A DNA stretch of 64,000 nucleotides from positions 178-64,177 of the forward strand of contig CACGAG010000004.1 in assembly GCA_902571005.1 (NCBI GenBank), in the 5' to 3' direction. Of this stretch, positions 18,656 to 28,220 are shown piece after piece. The position numbers and the translations under genes are program-made. The notes beneath the pieces are model-generated. The model was given only the letters and a program-made list of their open reading frames with translations, was not told where the DNA came from and did not search any database. The DNA comes from an uncultured Pelagibacteraceae bacterium (GTDB taxonomy: Bacteria > Pseudomonadota > Alphaproteobacteria > Pelagibacterales > AG-422-B15). The first letter of the stretch is position 1; every line of letters begins with the position of its first letter.

Positions 18656-19511
18656 TCAAAATATCATCATCTTTCGTGACTATGGTTCAATTAATTGTGC
18701 AGAAGTTTTATTTAAAAAGATTAAAAATAAGAAAAAAAATATTCTCTTTACTCATAATATCTTAAGATTAAACGAAAAAAAAATAATAGAAAAAAAATTA
18801 AGTGGTTATATTATTAGAAATAATTTTTTGTTTTTTTATTATTTATTATTTAAGAAAAAAAACATTATAATTTTACAATCCTCAAATGTTATTAAATACG
18901 AAAAGTTCATAAAGTTTTTTTTTCAAAATTATTTTGTAATCCAAGATTACATTGGTGATTTTAAGTATGGTTCAAAACCTATTTATTTAACTTCATTTAC
19001 TTATGATGAGAAACAGACAATTCAAAAAACTATAACATTACCTTATATGCGTCCTCAGGTAATTGACAAAAAAAAATATATTTTAGATGAAAAGAGCTTA
19101 TTAATTTTGGGAGCGAGGAATTTAATCACAAAAAAAAATAATACTTTTTTGTCTAAGCTTTACAGTATGAATAAGTATATAAAGATTTTTTATAAACCTC
19201 ATCCTTCAGAATTAATTGATATTGATAAGAATAATTATCTTAAAAGATTAGATTTTGAACTTTTTGAATTTGAGAATGTTAATAAGATTCCAAAATATAT
19301 TATTTCTCCCTTTTCATCTCTTGGTTTTGATTTACCTGAACAAACAAATTTAGATAGTAATTCATTTATTATCTATCATGGTTTTGGAAACAGTTATGAC
19401 AAAAAACATTTTGATGACCCTAATTGGCAATTGCATGTTTCAAATAAGTCTGTAAATTACTTTAAAAACGATTTTAATTTATTTTTACAAGAGATAAAAA
19501 ATAATGTGTAA
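18618..19511 (+). CDS. Hypothetical protein, candidate nonulosonate transferase
   Basis: 297 aa; FYKPHPSE and ISPFSSLG resemble sialyltransferase HP and SS motifs; directly precedes a NeuA homologue. Confidence 0.5.
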   Translation: MNLKNLEKCLSINQNIIIFRDYGSINCAEVLFKKIKNKKKNILFTHNILRLNEKKIIEKKLSGYIIRNNFLFFYYLLFKKKNIIILQSSNVIKYEKFIKFFFQNYFVIQDYIGDFKYGSKPIYLTSFTYDEKQTIQKTITLPYMRPQVIDKKKYILDEKSLLILGARNLITKKNNTFLSKLYSMNKYIKIFYKPHPSELIDIDKNNYLKRLDFELFEFENVNKIPKYIISPFSSLGFDLPEQTNLDSNSFIIYHGFGNSYDKKHFDDPNWQLHVSNKSVNYFKNDFNLFLQEIKNNV

Positions 19512-20169
19512 TGTGATAGCATTCATTCCAGCTAGAAGAAATAGTAAAGGAATAAAGTATAAAAACAGGCAGTTAGTTGATAAAAAAACTATTGTTGAGC
19601 ATGCATTAGATTTTTCGAAATCATTACCATTTGACGAAATTGTTCTTAGTACCGACGATGAGTACTTTATAGACGATAAGAAATTTAAAGATTTTATTAA
19701 CCTCAGAGAGCCAGATTTAAGTGGAGATGATATAATTTTGACAGATGTTTTACTTGATTTGATTAGTAAAAATCAAAATTTCAAAAATAGCTTTATTATT
19801 TTATTAGAGCCAACTTGTCTATTTCGTAAAAAAGATGATTTAAATTTTTTTTTTAATGAAAATTTTTTTAAATCTAAATATAAATCTTTTGCTTCTTTTA
19901 AACGTGAAAAAATCGATTACTCAAAGGGTTGGACTTGTATTGAAGATGAAATGAGACCAATTTCAAATCCTTGGAAGAGAAGACAGGAAGCGCTGACTTA
20001 CTATTGTTTAACAGGTCACTATTATGGTTTTTACGCTAATGAGTTAGTGAATATTTATCCTTCATTATTAGCTGATCCATGTAAGATGATTGACATAGAA
20101 AATGAAAGATGTATAGACATAAATTCTGTGTATGATTTAGAGTTAGTAAGAAAAAAATTTAATGAATGA
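19504..20169 (+). CDS. CMP-nonulosonate synthetase (NeuA family) 2
   Basis: AFIPARRNSKGIKYKN, LSTDD, LLEPT, CIDIN. Confidence 0.88.
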   Translation: MCNVIAFIPARRNSKGIKYKNRQLVDKKTIVEHALDFSKSLPFDEIVLSTDDEYFIDDKKFKDFINLREPDLSGDDIILTDVLLDLISKNQNFKNSFIILLEPTCLFRKKDDLNFFFNENFFKSKYKSFASFKREKIDYSKGWTCIEDEMRPISNPWKRRQEALTYYCLTGHYYGFYANELVNIYPSLLADPCKMIDIENERCIDINSVYDLELVRKKFNE

Positions 20170-21424
20170 TAATCAAGAATCAATTTTTGGATTGCCACAA
20201 GAAGTAAAGATATGTTCCTCTTGCGTATATACGAATCAAAAACCAAATAGTTCAATTGAATTTAGATTTAAAAAAACAGATCTTAAAAGTGGTTTAAAAT
20301 TTTATGGCAGCGAATGTTCAGCTTGTTCCTACAATAAACAAAAAGATGTAGAAATAGATTGGAAACTAAGAAAAAGGAACCTTCAAGAAATTTGTGATAA
20401 GTATAGATCTAGAAACGGATCATACGATTGTTTAGTGCCTGGTTCAGGAGGTAAAGATAGTTTCTTTGCTGCGAATATTTTAAAATTTGAATATAATATG
20501 AATCCGCTAACGGTAACATGGGCTCCTCATGAATATACAAGTTGGGGGTGGTTAAATTTTAAAACTTGGATAGATGGTGGATTTCCAAATTATTTATACC
20601 ATCCAAATGGTGCTGTACATAGGCTATTAAGCAGAGTAGCTCTTGAAAATATTTTCCATCCTTTTCAGCCTTTCATGTTGGGACAATATTCTTTTCCATT
20701 AAGAATTTCAAAATTATTAGGAATACCACTAATATTTTATGGAGAAAATTCAGCTGAATATGGAAATAATATTAATGATAATGACTCTCCAACCAGAAAG
20801 TTATCAGACATTAGCTTTAGAAATATAGATGAAATATTCATTGCAGGCGAATCCGTATCTAAACTATGTGAAAAATTTAAGCTTAAACAATTAGATTTTG
20901 AAGATTATCTTCCTCTCAGATTTGATGATTATAAAGATACCGGAATCGAATGGCATTATCTAGGTTATTATATGCCGTGGCATCCTCATATGAATTATTA
21001 TTACTCTATGAACAGTGGTTTTTTACCTTCTAGAGAACGTAATGCTGGTTCATACAGCAGGTATACAAGTTTAGATGATATGATGGATGATTTTAATTTT
21101 TTTTGTATGTATATAAAATATGGAATTGGTCGAGCAACTTTTGATGCCGCTCAAGAAATTAGGAGAGGGGATATAACTAGGGAAGAGGGTGCCGCCCTAG
21201 TAAAAAAATATGATGGAGAATTTCCACACAGATTCCAAAATAAAATTTTTGATTATTTATCGATCAATCAAATACCAAATTACGGAGATAATTGGTCAGA
21301 AAAGTTTGATAATCCTGGAATGGACATGAATAATTTTAAAACGCTTTGTGATAGATTTAGAAGCCCTCACCTTTGGGAAAAAGATTCAAATAACAAATGG
21401 AAGCTGAAATATGAATTCAAATAA
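20162..21424 (+). CDS. N-acetyl sugar amidotransferase (WbuX/PseA/WbpG family)
   Basis: N-terminal CxxC pairs, YDCLVPGSGGKDS PP-loop, KYGIGRAT.DA.QEIR.G.ITREEG. Confidence 0.9.
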   Translation: MNDNQESIFGLPQEVKICSSCVYTNQKPNSSIEFRFKKTDLKSGLKFYGSECSACSYNKQKDVEIDWKLRKRNLQEICDKYRSRNGSYDCLVPGSGGKDSFFAANILKFEYNMNPLTVTWAPHEYTSWGWLNFKTWIDGGFPNYLYHPNGAVHRLLSRVALENIFHPFQPFMLGQYSFPLRISKLLGIPLIFYGENSAEYGNNINDNDSPTRKLSDISFRNIDEIFIAGESVSKLCEKFKLKQLDFEDYLPLRFDDYKDTGIEWHYLGYYMPWHPHMNYYYSMNSGFLPSRERNAGSYSRYTSLDDMMDDFNFFCMYIKYGIGRATFDAAQEIRRGDITREEGAALVKKYDGEFPHRFQNKIFDYLSINQIPNYGDNWSEKFDNPGMDMNNFKTLCDRFRSPHLWEKDSNNKWKLKYEFK

Positions 21425-22109
21425 CAAAATAATTGCTTCAAAAGTGTACTCTAAAATCAAAAAAAAAAGACCTAAGATAGTTTTTGATAAAATTATATCT
21501 GATGGAAATAGAAAAACTATTAAAGACTGGCTAGATATCGGTTGTGCAACAGGAGATTTAATACATTTTGCTGCAAAAAAATTTGATAATACTAATTTTA
21601 TAGGAATTGATATTTCTAAAACTAATATTGCCCTTGCTAAGAAGAGTTTTCCAGTCAATCAGTTTCCAAATATTGAATTTAGGCATAGAAGTTTGGAGAA
21701 TTTTAAAACTAAAAAATATTTTGATTGTATCACTGCATGTGCTGTAATTGGATATTACGAAGATTTTAATAAATTTTTTAATCCATTAAAAAAATTATTA
21801 AAAAGTAAAGGCACAATATATATTCATGGCTTATTTAATCCTTACAACTTGTTTGTTAAAACAGAATATAAATACAAAAATAATACATACGGTGGTTTAA
21901 ATCAATTTCCTTTAAAAGATACAATTAAACTTATCGAATCAAAAAATTTTACTGTTTCGAAGTACAAAATAAATATAACAAAAAAAATTTTACCTAATAA
22001 AGAGTTTCCGCACCGAAGTTTTTCCTCTAATCATAAAATCTATCCACTTATGAATGGTTGTTTGAATTTGTTGCCAGATACTTTATTGAAATGTAAAAAT
22101 AATGCGTAA
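21411..22109 (+). CDS. Class I SAM-dependent methyltransferase
   Basis: WLDIGCATG, GIDIS, FDCI motifs. Confidence 0.85.
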   Translation: MNSNNKIIASKVYSKIKKKRPKIVFDKIISDGNRKTIKDWLDIGCATGDLIHFAAKKFDNTNFIGIDISKTNIALAKKSFPVNQFPNIEFRHRSLENFKTKKYFDCITACAVIGYYEDFNKFFNPLKKLLKSKGTIYIHGLFNPYNLFVKTEYKYKNNTYGGLNQFPLKDTIKLIESKNFTVSKYKINITKKILPNKEFPHRSFSSNHKIYPLMNGCLNLLPDTLLKCKNNA

Positions 22110-22800
22110 AATTTTGCGATTAGAGCTAAAAAATGGACATGTTGTAAAAGGAAGAATGCTAGAAGGAGTTCAAAAGAGATTTTCTTTTTCAAAATTTTGG
22201 ATGAAGCCCGAAATTGATGATTACCACGAGCTCTTTCTTAATGATAGCGTTGCAACATTATATAACTGGAAAAATTATTTTTTATCAAATCCTTTGCTAG
22301 AATATACTGGAAAACCATTGTCAATTGGAGGCGGTATAAATAATTTAATAGATGCCTCTGAATTAAGAAAACACTCTGAAAAAATCGTTCTTAATACCAT
22401 ATGTTATAAAAATCCTGATTTTATAGATCAATTAGTGGAATTATATGGATCGCAATCTATTGTAGTTGCTGTCGATGTTTTGAAACAAGACGATGAATAT
22501 TGGTGCTTGAAGGTAAATGGAAAGGATTTTACTGGAATAAAATTTACTGACCATATTAGAGAAATTAATAAACACGCTCATGGAGAAATTTTTGTTAATG
22601 ATGTCTCATCTGATGGTATGTTAAATGGTATTAATTTAAAATTAGCAGAATATTTAATGAGGACTATTTCTTCACATCAAGTTGTCATTGGAGGAGGTTA
22701 TAAAGATACTATTCAAGACAAAGAATTAGAGACAATAGGAGTTAGTGGAGTTGTTATTTCTAGAGCCTACTTAGATAATAGATGGGCTATTAATAAATAA
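22102..22800 (+). CDS. HisF-like cyclase subunit of the amidotransferase (WbuZ type)
   Basis: LELKNGHVVKG, SIGGGI, KIVLNT, YGSQSIVVAVDV, DGMLNG; adjacent to WbuX-like and HisH-like genes. Confidence 0.8.
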   Translation: MRKILRLELKNGHVVKGRMLEGVQKRFSFSKFWMKPEIDDYHELFLNDSVATLYNWKNYFLSNPLLEYTGKPLSIGGGINNLIDASELRKHSEKIVLNTICYKNPDFIDQLVELYGSQSIVVAVDVLKQDDEYWCLKVNGKDFTGIKFTDHIREINKHAHGEIFVNDVSSDGMLNGINLKLAEYLMRTISSHQVVIGGGYKDTIQDKELETIGVSGVVISRAYLDNRWAINK

Positions 22801-22820
22801 ATCTTTTAAGTATTAATAAT

Positions 22821-23405
22821 ATGATAAACATAAACATCATTAATGGAAATTTAGGGAATGTTAATAGTCTTAGTAGATTTTTAACATACTTACATTTAGA
22901 TCACAATTTCGTTGATCCTAATTTTAATACTGATGAATTAAAAAATAGCATACTTATCATTCCAGGAAATGGAAACTGGAACTCCATTACAGAAATGTTA
23001 AGTAGTAGAAAAGAATTTATTGTTCGAGCTGTGGAGCATAATTTATTTTTGATTGGAATCTGTGCAGGTTTTCAATCTTTTTTTACAGATAGTGAAGAAG
23101 GAGTTAATAAAGGCCTTGAAGTTTATAAAGAGAATGTAAAAAAAATCAATTCTCAGCGATTACCTATTGTTGGCAATATAAAGTGTAGTGACGACCAGGA
23201 ATACTACTTTTTAAATTCATTTGGTGTCTCTGATATAAACATCAAAAACTCAATTCAAAGTTCGTATAAAATAAATAATAAAAATTATTTAGCATATTTA
23301 TTTCACTCAAATTTTTTTGGTTTCCAGTTTCATCCTGAAATAAGTGGCAAATCAGGTATTTCAATTTTTAAGAAAGCACTTGATATAATAAATCAAAAAA
23401 AATAA
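22821..23405 (+). CDS. HisH-like glutaminase subunit (WbuY type)
   Basis: GNLGNV, IPGNG, GICAGFQ (Cys nucleophile), QFHPEISG. Confidence 0.85.
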   Translation: MININIINGNLGNVNSLSRFLTYLHLDHNFVDPNFNTDELKNSILIIPGNGNWNSITEMLSSRKEFIVRAVEHNLFLIGICAGFQSFFTDSEEGVNKGLEVYKENVKKINSQRLPIVGNIKCSDDQEYYFLNSFGVSDINIKNSIQSSYKINNKNYLAYLFHSNFFGFQFHPEISGKSGISIFKKALDIINQKK

Positions 23406-23423
23406 GCAAGTAGTCTTTATTGA

Positions 23424-24527
23424 ATGACAAATTATCTAAAATTTATAATTTTTATATTTTTACTAGGTGTAGCTCTCGGACATCTGCGTATGTATGCGAT
23501 TGACCTTGCTCAATTAAATATTCTTATTTTTATCATTATTTGTGTTATTTCATTTTTTTATGTGATTTTTCAAAATATTATTATTTTTTTTATTCCAGTA
23601 ATTTTTTTGTTATTTTATCTTTTAATAGGGATTATAAACCTCTCGGATCCTTACTATATTATTTATGACTCAACTAGAATTTTTGGATGCATATGTATAT
23701 ATCTTGCTTCTTTCTATTTTTTTAAGAATCAAAGTCATCATACGTTATTAGGTGTTTTTTCCTTCACAAAAAAGTGGACAATTTATTTTTTTATTATTTT
23801 ATTTTTTTCTTTTGCACTTCCATATTTTTTAGGAAAAAATATGAATTTAAGTATTCAGTTAGATCCATTACCTTTTATTATTTTAGCAATATTTGGAAAT
23901 GGAAGTATGTTATTAGCAATAGTGTTTAGCCTTTTGACTTATAAAAGAATGTTTTTTGTGGGCACTATCACCGTTGCAACAGCTTTTTACTTAAGATTGA
24001 ATAAAGCTATATTCAAAAATATTTTTATATTAATTTTTTTAATTTTAGCTCTCATTATTTTTGTTCCACAATTGCCAAAATATGTTGAAACATTGAGTAC
24101 AATTAAACTTATGATGGATAACGACAATACCTATTTTGAAATTTTAAATGAATTATCTACTACAAGATTTCAGGAACTAATCGCGATTTTAAAACTTGCA
24201 GAAATACAACATTATTTCTTTGGTTTTGGTCTTGGGGGTGGAGTAGTTGAAAGATTTGGCACAGAGGGGAACGTAATTAAATCTCCATTTATTCATATTT
24301 CAATTGTTTCTTTATTTCTCAAAATTGGCTTAACTGGGGTTATAGTTCTTTTTTTTTCTATATTTTACCAATATTTGCATATTAAGAAAAGAGGCGGTTA
24401 TACTTATGAATTTTTAATTATATTATTGTATGGATTCACTTGCAGCTTGTTTGCTTCTTATTTTTTAGTTTCACCTCTCTTTTGGCTTGCTTTGGGAGGA
24501 ATTGCTGCAATAAAGAGAGATAAATAA
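23424..24527 (+). CDS. Probable O-antigen polymerase (Wzy)
   Basis: About 10 hydrophobic segments, KR motif, large loop, FFGFGLG and HISIVSLFLKIGLTG resembling the Wzy_C/ligase motif. Confidence 0.55.
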   Translation: MTNYLKFIIFIFLLGVALGHLRMYAIDLAQLNILIFIIICVISFFYVIFQNIIIFFIPVIFLLFYLLIGIINLSDPYYIIYDSTRIFGCICIYLASFYFFKNQSHHTLLGVFSFTKKWTIYFFIILFFSFALPYFLGKNMNLSIQLDPLPFIILAIFGNGSMLLAIVFSLLTYKRMFFVGTITVATAFYLRLNKAIFKNIFILIFLILALIIFVPQLPKYVETLSTIKLMMDNDNTYFEILNELSTTRFQELIAILKLAEIQHYFFGFGLGGGVVERFGTEGNVIKSPFIHISIVSLFLKIGLTGVIVLFFSIFYQYLHIKKRGGYTYEFLIILLYGFTCSLFASYFLVSPLFWLALGGIAAIKRDK

Positions 24528-24536
24528 AAAACTTTT

Positions 24537-26381
24537 ATGTGTGGCATAGCAGGGTATATTTCAAAAGTTAACCATGAACGGTTCATTTTAAATAGTGGTT
24601 TAATTCAATCACATCGTGGTCCAGATGATAGTAAAAGTATTTTTAAAAATATAAATAATTATAGAATAGGTCTTGGCCACCAAAGGCTTTCGATTTTAGA
24701 TTTAACAACTAGCGGGTCTCAGCCAATGACCTCTAAATCGGAAAATTACCATATAATTTTTAATGGTGAAATATACAATCATAATTCTTTGAAAAAAGAA
24801 TTTTCTATTTTATCTCTTAGAGGAAGTTCAGATACTGAGCTAGCCTTAGAATTAATTGAAAAACTTGGAATTGAAAATGCATGTAAGAAATTTATTGGTA
24901 TGTGGGCGATTGCCGTCATTGACATTAAAAACAATAAAGTTTTCTTTTCTCGTGATAGAATTGGTAAGAAGCCACTGTATTATTTTTTAGATAAAGATAG
25001 TATTTTCTTTTCTTCAGAAATTAAATCTTTAATTAACCTAAATCAAGTCAATAGAGAATTAAATTATAATTCTATTGAGGATTATCTTTCTAATTCAATT
25101 ATATCAAGATCGGATCAAACTTTCTTTAAACACATTCAATCATTTCCAAAATCCCATATAGGTATGATAGATTTAAATTCCGATCATATTAATCTAAAAT
25201 TAAGTAAATACTGGGATATATATGAAGATAAACACAAAAACTTTCACTCTAATAATCTGAATGATCTAATTAAAGACTCAGTAAACATAAGAATTGAAGC
25301 AGATGTTCCTGTTGGGATTGCATTGTCAGGAGGTCTAGACTCTTCAGTAATTGCATCATGCGTAAAAAATAATAAAAAAATAAAAAATGGAAATTTGAGT
25401 TTCTTTTCTTTTGTAAGTCCTGGACATTACTCAAATGAGGAAAAATATATCGATCAAGTCTCAAAGTACTTAAATATTCCTGTAAATAAGGTTTATGCTG
25501 AAAATGACGATGCTGATGCGATGATCAATAATATTATTTCTTGCAATTTGTATAATGATGCTCCAATTTTTTCATTTTCAAGTGTTTTCTTTAGGAACAT
25601 GATGAAAAAAGCAAAAAATAATGGAGTTAAGGTCATGTTGACCGGACAGGGTGCCGATGAAGTATTTTGTGGATACAGAAAATATCCTTTCAAGTATACC
25701 ATTAAACTATTTCAAGAATTAAAAATTTTTAAGTCATTATATTTTATTTTGCCTTTTCTATTGAATAATCTACTTCATCAAGGATTCAGTTATGCAGAAG
25801 CAAAAAGGTATCTTGGAGTTGATAATTCAAAAATATTATCCAAATTCTATAAAATTATTAAAACTAACAATAAATATAAAACTTACAAAAGAGATATAAG
25901 GAATCAACAAATCAGGGATATATTAGAAACAAGTGTACCTGCGTTATGTCACTATGAAGATAGAATGGGAATGGCTGAATCAATCGAAGTACGCTCTCCA
26001 TTTTTAGATCATAGAATAATAGAGTATGGATTAAATATTTCTGAAGAAAATAAAATGCGTTTTGGGTGGTCAAAATATATTCTTAGAAAAACTTTCAAAA
26101 ATGAACTCCCAAAATCTATTATTTGGAGAAAAGATAAAAAGGGATTTTCAAATCCAGAAGATTATTGGCTCAAAGAAAAACTTAAAAGTTTTGTACTTGA
26201 TGTAGCATTATCTGATAATTCTCAAATTTATAAAAAAAATATTATTGATAAAAAAGAATATATTAACTTACTAAATAGATATTTCAGGAATGACCCACGC
26301 ATTTGGTTTAGGGATGTTTTTTGTCCGTTCTCACTTGAATTATGGCTAAAAAATTACGAAGATAAATATGCTAGTATATAG
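24537..26381 (+). CDS. Asparagine-synthase-family glutamine amidotransferase (glycan amidation)
   Basis: MCGIAG, HRGPD, HQRLSILDL, FNGEIYN, LSGGLDSS, LTGQGADE, RSPFLD, KKGF. Confidence 0.9.
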   Translation: MCGIAGYISKVNHERFILNSGLIQSHRGPDDSKSIFKNINNYRIGLGHQRLSILDLTTSGSQPMTSKSENYHIIFNGEIYNHNSLKKEFSILSLRGSSDTELALELIEKLGIENACKKFIGMWAIAVIDIKNNKVFFSRDRIGKKPLYYFLDKDSIFFSSEIKSLINLNQVNRELNYNSIEDYLSNSIISRSDQTFFKHIQSFPKSHIGMIDLNSDHINLKLSKYWDIYEDKHKNFHSNNLNDLIKDSVNIRIEADVPVGIALSGGLDSSVIASCVKNNKKIKNGNLSFFSFVSPGHYSNEEKYIDQVSKYLNIPVNKVYAENDDADAMINNIISCNLYNDAPIFSFSSVFFRNMMKKAKNNGVKVMLTGQGADEVFCGYRKYPFKYTIKLFQELKIFKSLYFILPFLLNNLLHQGFSYAEAKRYLGVDNSKILSKFYKIIKTNNKYKTYKRDIRNQQIRDILETSVPALCHYEDRMGMAESIEVRSPFLDHRIIEYGLNISEENKMRFGWSKYILRKTFKNELPKSIIWRKDKKGFSNPEDYWLKEKLKSFVLDVALSDNSQIYKKNIIDKKEYINLLNRYFRNDPRIWFRDVFCPFSLELWLKNYEDKYASI

Positions 26382-28215
26382 AAAATTAAAATATTTTTAT
26401 CTTTATTTTGATCTTTTTTTTAAACTTGGAATTAAAAACTGTATAAGAGTATTTTTTCACAAATTCAGAGTTAAATTCGATTTATATAAAAATAATTATA
26501 ATACTAACTTTTCAGATAGTTTTTTTTTTATAGATGAAGATAAAAATAATAGTTATCACTTTATTATTAAACTTTTTGGGTGGAAGGAATTTAATTTAAG
26601 TAATCATACCAAATGGAATTATGATTACATAAATAATTACGAGTTTATATTTCAAAATTCCATTTGGACTCAAGCTCTTAAATCCTTCCCAGAGGATCAG
26701 GATATAAAATGCATATGGGAATTAAATCGATTTTATTGGCTGCCACAGTTAGCATTAGAACATAAGAATAACAATGTTGAAGCTGGAATACTTTTGGAGT
26801 GTTTGGTAAAAAATTGGGTAATAAATAATCCATTTTGCAAAGGAATTAACTGGACCTGCGGTCAAGAAATATCAATTCGACTATTAAACGTAATCTTAGC
26901 TCTTATCATTTTGGACAACACCAAAAAGTTATCAAAAAATATATTAGAGTTTCTATATATGCATCTTTTACGTATTCAGCAGACATTTTCTTACGGTTTA
27001 GGTCAAGATAATAATCATGGTGTAACTGAAGCGGCAGCACTTTATATAGGTGGTCAAATTTTAAAAAGTAATAATTATAATAAAACAGATATTAATAAGA
27101 TAATAGAAAAAGGAAAATATTACCTTAATGAAAGATCTGGCGTCCTTATTTTAAATGATGGTAGCTCAAATCAATATTCTTCTAATTATCATAGAATAAT
27201 TTTAGATGTATATAATTTTATAGAAATTATTATTCAAAAACTTGGATTCGAAAAATTAGATAGATATACTTATGATAATCTGTCATCAGCGTCAAAATGG
27301 CTTTTTTCTATAGTTGAAGAGTCAAATGGGAGAGTTCCGAATTTAGGTGCTAACGATAGTAGCTATCTTTTTAATCTTTTAAAATTTCCACATAATGATT
27401 TTAGGCCAACTTTGGAGCTGAGTTTCTATTTGTTCTTAAAATTAAGGCCTTATAATCAAATATATTATTTAAATAGAATATTAGATGTATACGATCTTAA
27501 CGATAACAAAATTACTGAAATTAAGCATTATGAAAATTTTAATCAGAATAATGAAATAAAAAGTGATACTAATTTGCTAAAAATAAATCACAACAGTTTA
27601 AAATTATTTTTTAGATTGCCTAAGTTTAAATATCGACCTTGCCAATGTGATGTTTTGAATATTGATATCTGGAGTAATGGAGAAAACCTTATTTTAGATG
27701 ATGGCAGCTACTCATATAACAGTAAAAGAAATTTTTACTTTTTAGGTTCAAATAAGTGTCACAACACTGTCGAATTTGATGGTCGTGATCAAATGAAAAA
27801 AGTAACCCCTTTTTTATATGGAAACTGGCTTCATGGAAATTACAAAGTAATTTGTTCTGATAAAAATAATTTTACAGTTTCAGCATCTTACGCGGATGCT
27901 GAAAACTGTATACATGAAAGAACAATTACAGTGTATAATGATGATAAAATATTAATAAGAGACGATTTAAAAAACTTTGCTAAATGTGCAGTTTTAAGGT
28001 GGCGTTTGCCTGATTATAATTGGAAAAGAAAAGATAATTTATTTTTTTCAGAATTTTTTGATATCGAAATCAACTCTTCATGCAGCGATTTTGGGATTAA
28101 AATTAAGGAGGGCTTTACTTCTATGAATTATCAGCTAGTAGAAAATATTAAAGTACTAGAGATCTCCCTTTCTAGAGAAACTGAAGTAAGTACTATTCTA
28201 ACAATAAAAAAATAA
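26368..28215 (+). CDS. Heparinase II/III-family protein
   Basis: IWELNRF.WL, NPF.KGINW.CGQE.SIR, NNHG..EAAAL, Y..YH, D.GSYSY, HNTVEFDG.DQM. Confidence 0.85.
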   Translation: MLVYRKLKYFYLYFDLFFKLGIKNCIRVFFHKFRVKFDLYKNNYNTNFSDSFFFIDEDKNNSYHFIIKLFGWKEFNLSNHTKWNYDYINNYEFIFQNSIWTQALKSFPEDQDIKCIWELNRFYWLPQLALEHKNNNVEAGILLECLVKNWVINNPFCKGINWTCGQEISIRLLNVILALIILDNTKKLSKNILEFLYMHLLRIQQTFSYGLGQDNNHGVTEAAALYIGGQILKSNNYNKTDINKIIEKGKYYLNERSGVLILNDGSSNQYSSNYHRIILDVYNFIEIIIQKLGFEKLDRYTYDNLSSASKWLFSIVEESNGRVPNLGANDSSYLFNLLKFPHNDFRPTLELSFYLFLKLRPYNQIYYLNRILDVYDLNDNKITEIKHYENFNQNNEIKSDTNLLKINHNSLKLFFRLPKFKYRPCQCDVLNIDIWSNGENLILDDGSYSYNSKRNFYFLGSNKCHNTVEFDGRDQMKKVTPFLYGNWLHGNYKVICSDKNNFTVSASYADAENCIHERTITVYNDDKILIRDDLKNFAKCAVLRWRLPDYNWKRKDNLFFSEFFDIEINSSCSDFGIKIKEGFTSMNYQLVENIKVLEISLSRETEVSTILTIKK

Positions 28216-28220
28216 ATATA

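Noticed and set aside
22102-26381. HisF/HisH/AsnB homologues as amino-acid biosynthesis genes
   Set aside because: Divergent sequences next to a WbuX-type gene inside the glycan operon; such paralogues are established glycan-tailoring enzymes.
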